Below, piece by piece: positions 60,715-64,000 of a DNA stretch of 64,000 nucleotides. The position numbers and the translations under genes are program-made. Positions within the stretch are counted from its first letter, which is position 1, and each line of letters opens with the position of its first letter. The stretch is from Promethearchaeota archaeon Loki_b31 (GTDB lineage Archaea; Asgardarchaeota; Lokiarchaeia; Sigyniarchaeales; SOKP01), in contig NJBI01000003.1 in assembly GCA_005222975.1 (NCBI GenBank), positions 32,001 to 96,000 of the forward strand, in the 5' to 3' direction. The notes below the pieces were generated by a model. It saw only the letters and a program-made list of their open reading frames with translations. It did not search any database and was not told the DNA's origin.

Positions 60715-62550
60715 ATGGTGTTTAATAAGAAAGTATTAACAGCTGAGCCTGTGGTGGAGTTTTCTTCGGGAAAAGATCCGTATGTAAAATCGCGGAAAAA
60801 GGGGTCTACTAGATGGATTTTAGCTCATGTATTTCACGGCTCGAACAAGTTGTTTATAATTATTATAATTATTATAATTATCCTTGGTGCTAATATATCC
60901 TCTATTACATATATTATAATAGGCGAAACAATATCAGCACTGTTGAGTGGAAAGACGGCTTTACTAGGAAATTATATCTTAACTTTATTTCTATTGGGGA
61001 TAAGCGGTCCCGCAATGAGAATTGTGAGCCGAATGTTAATAGAGATTTTAGCGCAGAGGTTAGAAAGAGACGCACGAAGAGAGTTCTTCACAAATCTATT
61101 AGGAAAAAGTCAATCGTTTCACGACAGACAAAAAATAGGAGAGTTAATGGCAAGGGTTACAGATGATGTTAGGATGCTGAATTTCTTAATCAGCCCGGCT
61201 TTATCGTTAATTATAGAATCTTTTACATATCTATTTATCCCTATTATTTATATTGTTATGTATTTCCCTTTTCAGTTAATAGTTGAACCTGTATTCTTTT
61301 CTATTTCATTCCTTATCTTATTGAAGTCTTATTCACGTAAAATTGGACCTGTAACGGCCCGTTTAAGGGCAAATTTTGGTTTAATGACTGCTTCTTTAAG
61401 TGAGACCTTATCGGGCATCGAAGTAGTTAAGGCTACAGTCCAAGAAGAAAAAGAGATGAAAAAGTATTCTACACATGTAGAAAATTATAAAAAGGCGTTT
61501 ATTGAGCGAGGTAAGCTACAAGCAAAGTATCTCCCGATTTTAGTTCTAGCATTAGTTATAACAGCAGGTTTTACTCATAGTATTGTGCTATTCAATTTCG
61601 GATTAATGAATATCGGGCAAATTATTGCTTTCTTAGGAATTTTGGGATTGCTCCGTTTTCCTACCAATATCTCTATGTTTGTTTTTGCTATCTTTAAATT
61701 AGCAGGATCGAGTGCAGATAGACTGCTCGAGTTAATGAATAAAAAAACTGAGATTGACGAGAATAAAGAAGGTAAAAAGAAAGTTTTTAATGGTAATATA
61801 ATATTTGAGAATGTGGATTTTATCTACCCTGATGGTAAGATCTCTGTGTTAAAAGATATCTCGTTTGAAGTTAAACCTGGGCAGACAGTTGCGATAGTTG
61901 GTACAACTGGATCTGGAAAAACTACGCTAACTAAATTAATCTCGCGGCTATACGATGTTTCTAAAGGTAGAATTTTAATTGATGGGAGCGAAATTCGGGA
62001 TTATGCTTTACAAACTTTGCGAGATCAAATTTCTTATATTGAACAAGATGTATTCTTATTCTCTACAACCATTTTTGATAATATATCTTTTGGGCGAGTA
62101 AGTTCATTGGAGCAAGTTATTAATGTAGCTCAACAAGCACAAGCACATGATTTTATCAGAGAGTTGCCTGAAGAATATCAGTCGAAGGTAGGAGAAAGAG
62201 GAGTTCAGCTTAGTGGAGGTGAAAGACAAAGAATTGCCATAGCACGAGCTTTTTTATCCGATCCTCGGATTCTTATTTTAGACGATTCAACTTCAGCTAT
62301 TGACTCTAACACAGAGGACAAAATTCAGTTTGCAATTAAAAACATTTTGAAAAATCGCACTACAATTTTAATAACACACCGATTATCGCAAATTAGATGG
62401 GCTGATTTAATTATAGTTTTAAAAAATGGTGAAATCGCAGCTAAAGGGAACCATGAAGAATTACTAAAAACATCTGAAGAATATCGCAAAATTTTCGTTA
62501 AGAAATTCGATATCGAAGAAGATCAATTACTTAAGGAGGTGAGAAAATAG
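60715..62550 (+). CDS. ABC exporter, TMD-NBD half transporter (subunit A)
   Basis: GTTGSGKT, LSGGERQR, LILDDSTS (degenerate Walker B), ITHR. Confidence 0.95.
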   Translation: MVFNKKVLTAEPVVEFSSGKDPYVKSRKKGSTRWILAHVFHGSNKLFIIIIIIIIILGANISSITYIIIGETISALLSGKTALLGNYILTLFLLGISGPAMRIVSRMLIEILAQRLERDARREFFTNLLGKSQSFHDRQKIGELMARVTDDVRMLNFLISPALSLIIESFTYLFIPIIYIVMYFPFQLIVEPVFFSISFLILLKSYSRKIGPVTARLRANFGLMTASLSETLSGIEVVKATVQEEKEMKKYSTHVENYKKAFIERGKLQAKYLPILVLALVITAGFTHSIVLFNFGLMNIGQIIAFLGILGLLRFPTNISMFVFAIFKLAGSSADRLLELMNKKTEIDENKEGKKKVFNGNIIFENVDFIYPDGKISVLKDISFEVKPGQTVAIVGTTGSGKTTLTKLISRLYDVSKGRILIDGSEIRDYALQTLRDQISYIEQDVFLFSTTIFDNISFGRVSSLEQVINVAQQAQAHDFIRELPEEYQSKVGERGVQLSGGERQRIAIARAFLSDPRILILDDSTSAIDSNTEDKIQFAIKNILKNRTTILITHRLSQIRWADLIIVLKNGEIAAKGNHEELLKTSEEYRKIFVKKFDIEEDQLLKEVRK

Positions 62551-62551
62551 C

Positions 62552-64000
62552 TTGTGGGTGGGTCTTGAAGCAGAAGAATACGATCGCAAATATCAAGATA
62601 AAGTTTTACTGAAACGGATTTTATCTTATTTCTCGCCTTATAAACGAGCAATGTTTCTTGTAATTTTCTTTCTTACTATCTCATCGCTTACTACCGCTTT
62701 TCAACCTATTATAGCTTCTCTAATTATTAGTAATTTAGAAACTGCTCCAGATTTAATCTATGTTTTATTCTTAATCTTGATCATTTTTTTTTTTAATATT
62801 TCAAGCTGGGTTTTTAATTATATTAGACAGATATATTCTAATCGAGTAATTGGAAGCATAGTATTAGATATAAGAAAAGACGCTCACAAATCGGTTGTTA
62901 ATCACGATTTGTCTTTCTTTGATAAAAATCCCTTAGGAAAAATATTTTCAAGAATTAACACAGACTCAAGAGACTTCGGAGAAACTGTTGGGTTGTCAAT
63001 TGATGTAGTTTCCTCTGTTGTAGTCTTAGTTCTTTTAGTAATTGTGATGTTTACTGTGAATGTGGTTTTAACTCTCGTTCTCCTTATAACGCTCCCATTA
63101 TTTTTCGTAGCAGCGTTGTCATTTAGGAAATTTGCGAGAAAGATGACTCTTCTTGGACAGCGTGCCCTAGCTTCAGTAAACGCCTATACAAAAGAAAGTT
63201 TTTCTGGCATCCAAATAGCAAAAACATTTAGGCGAGAAAAAAAAGTTTACGATGACTTCCTTCAAGTGAATAATCAATCCTATAAGGTAAATTTAAAAAG
63301 AGCTTTCTTGTTGAATGCTATCTTTCCTACTCTTGGTTTAATTCAAGGTTTTGTTACGATGTTATTAATTCTAATAGGCAGTAACTTGGTAATAGAAGGA
63401 TTTGTTGGAGTAGGAGAATTAGTTCTCTTCATTCAAAGCATAAATCTATTATTTTTTCCCTTACTTATTATAGCATCTTTCTGGCCTATGTTTCAAACTG
63501 GTATGGCAGCTTCGGAGAGAATTTTTGCAATAATTGATACTCTCCCTCTTGTTGTTCAAAATGACAGCATTAAACCTTCAAAACTAAAAGGTGAAATTGA
63601 ATTCAAGAATTTATCATTTCGATACGATAAGGCTAAATTAGTATTTGATAACTTCTCACTGAAAGTTAACCCAGGAGAATCAATTGCTCTCGTTGGCCAT
63701 ACTGGGGCTGGTAAATCTAGTATTGCTAAATTAATCTCTAGATTTTACGAATTCCAAGGTGGAGATATTATAGTTGATGGCAAGAGTATTAGAGATTACG
63801 ATCTTAAAGAATATAGGAAGCACATAGGTATTATCCCACAAACACCGTTCTTATGGGCTGATACTGTAGAAAACAATACCAAATATGGACATGAATCTGC
63901 GACAAAAGAGGAAGTTATCAAAGCTTTAGAAATAAGTGGGGGATCTGAATGGATCGAGAGCCTTCCTGACGGTTTAGAGACAAATGTTAGAGAAAGAGGA
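62552..64000 (+). CDS. ABC exporter, TMD-NBD half transporter (subunit B), 3'-truncated by the window edge
   Basis: Not in the ORF track. Frame reads LWVGLEAEEYDRKY...GHTGAGKSS...IPQTPFLW...VRERG; TTG at 62552 follows GGAGGTGA. Confidence 0.9.
   Translation, partial: MWVGLEAEEYDRKYQDKVLLKRILSYFSPYKRAMFLVIFFLTISSLTTAFQPIIASLIISNLETAPDLIYVLFLILIIFFFNISSWVFNYIRQIYSNRVIGSIVLDIRKDAHKSVVNHDLSFFDKNPLGKIFSRINTDSRDFGETVGLSIDVVSSVVVLVLLVIVMFTVNVVLTLVLLITLPLFFVAALSFRKFARKMTLLGQRALASVNAYTKESFSGIQIAKTFRREKKVYDDFLQVNNQSYKVNLKRAFLLNAIFPTLGLIQGFVTMLLILIGSNLVIEGFVGVGELVLFIQSINLLFFPLLIIASFWPMFQTGMAASERIFAIIDTLPLVVQNDSIKPSKLKGEIEFKNLSFRYDKAKLVFDNFSLKVNPGESIALVGHTGAGKSSIAKLISRFYEFQGGDIIVDGKSIRDYDLKEYRKHIGIIPQTPFLWADTVENNTKYGHESATKEEVIKALEISGGSEWIESLPDGLETNVRERG

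Noticed and set aside
1-64000. CRISPR array, rRNA, tRNA, prophage or integrase
   Set aside because: No regularly spaced repeats, RNA-gene signatures or viral/integrase motifs were seen.

Overview
AT-rich archaeal chromosomal window, very probably an Asgard archaeon of the Lokiarchaeia/Promethearchaeota type. The evidence is a Rab-like GTPase with all five RabF motifs, a 7TM-longin protein, HEAT and HEAT-LRR proteins, four UroD/MtaA-family paralogues, GGTG-type Shine-Dalgarno sites and BRE-TATA promoters. Most genes are metabolic: methylmalonyl-CoA mutase, a 2-oxoacid:ferredoxin oxidoreductase operon, beta-oxidation enzymes, a sugar/sulfate-ester catabolic region with many MFS transporters, pyrG-carA-carB, PhoU and a heterodimeric ABC exporter. 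Accessory elements are a RelE/ParE toxin-antitoxin pair between duplicated sequences and a complete 2202-bp IS with 24-bp perfect TIRs flanked by TTAA. Most notable observations: (1) a circularly permuted PorB whose new termini fall inside the ThDP-binding GDG...N motif; (2) an unannotated, about 380-nt, highly structured putative ncRNA with a candidate promoter and terminator, partly resembling an RNase P specificity domain; (3) an IS transposase carrying a PCNA-binding PIP-box-like motif; (4) three genes that appear to start at ATT/ATA codons behind GGTG SD sites. All calls come from motif recognition by eye; no database searches were run.
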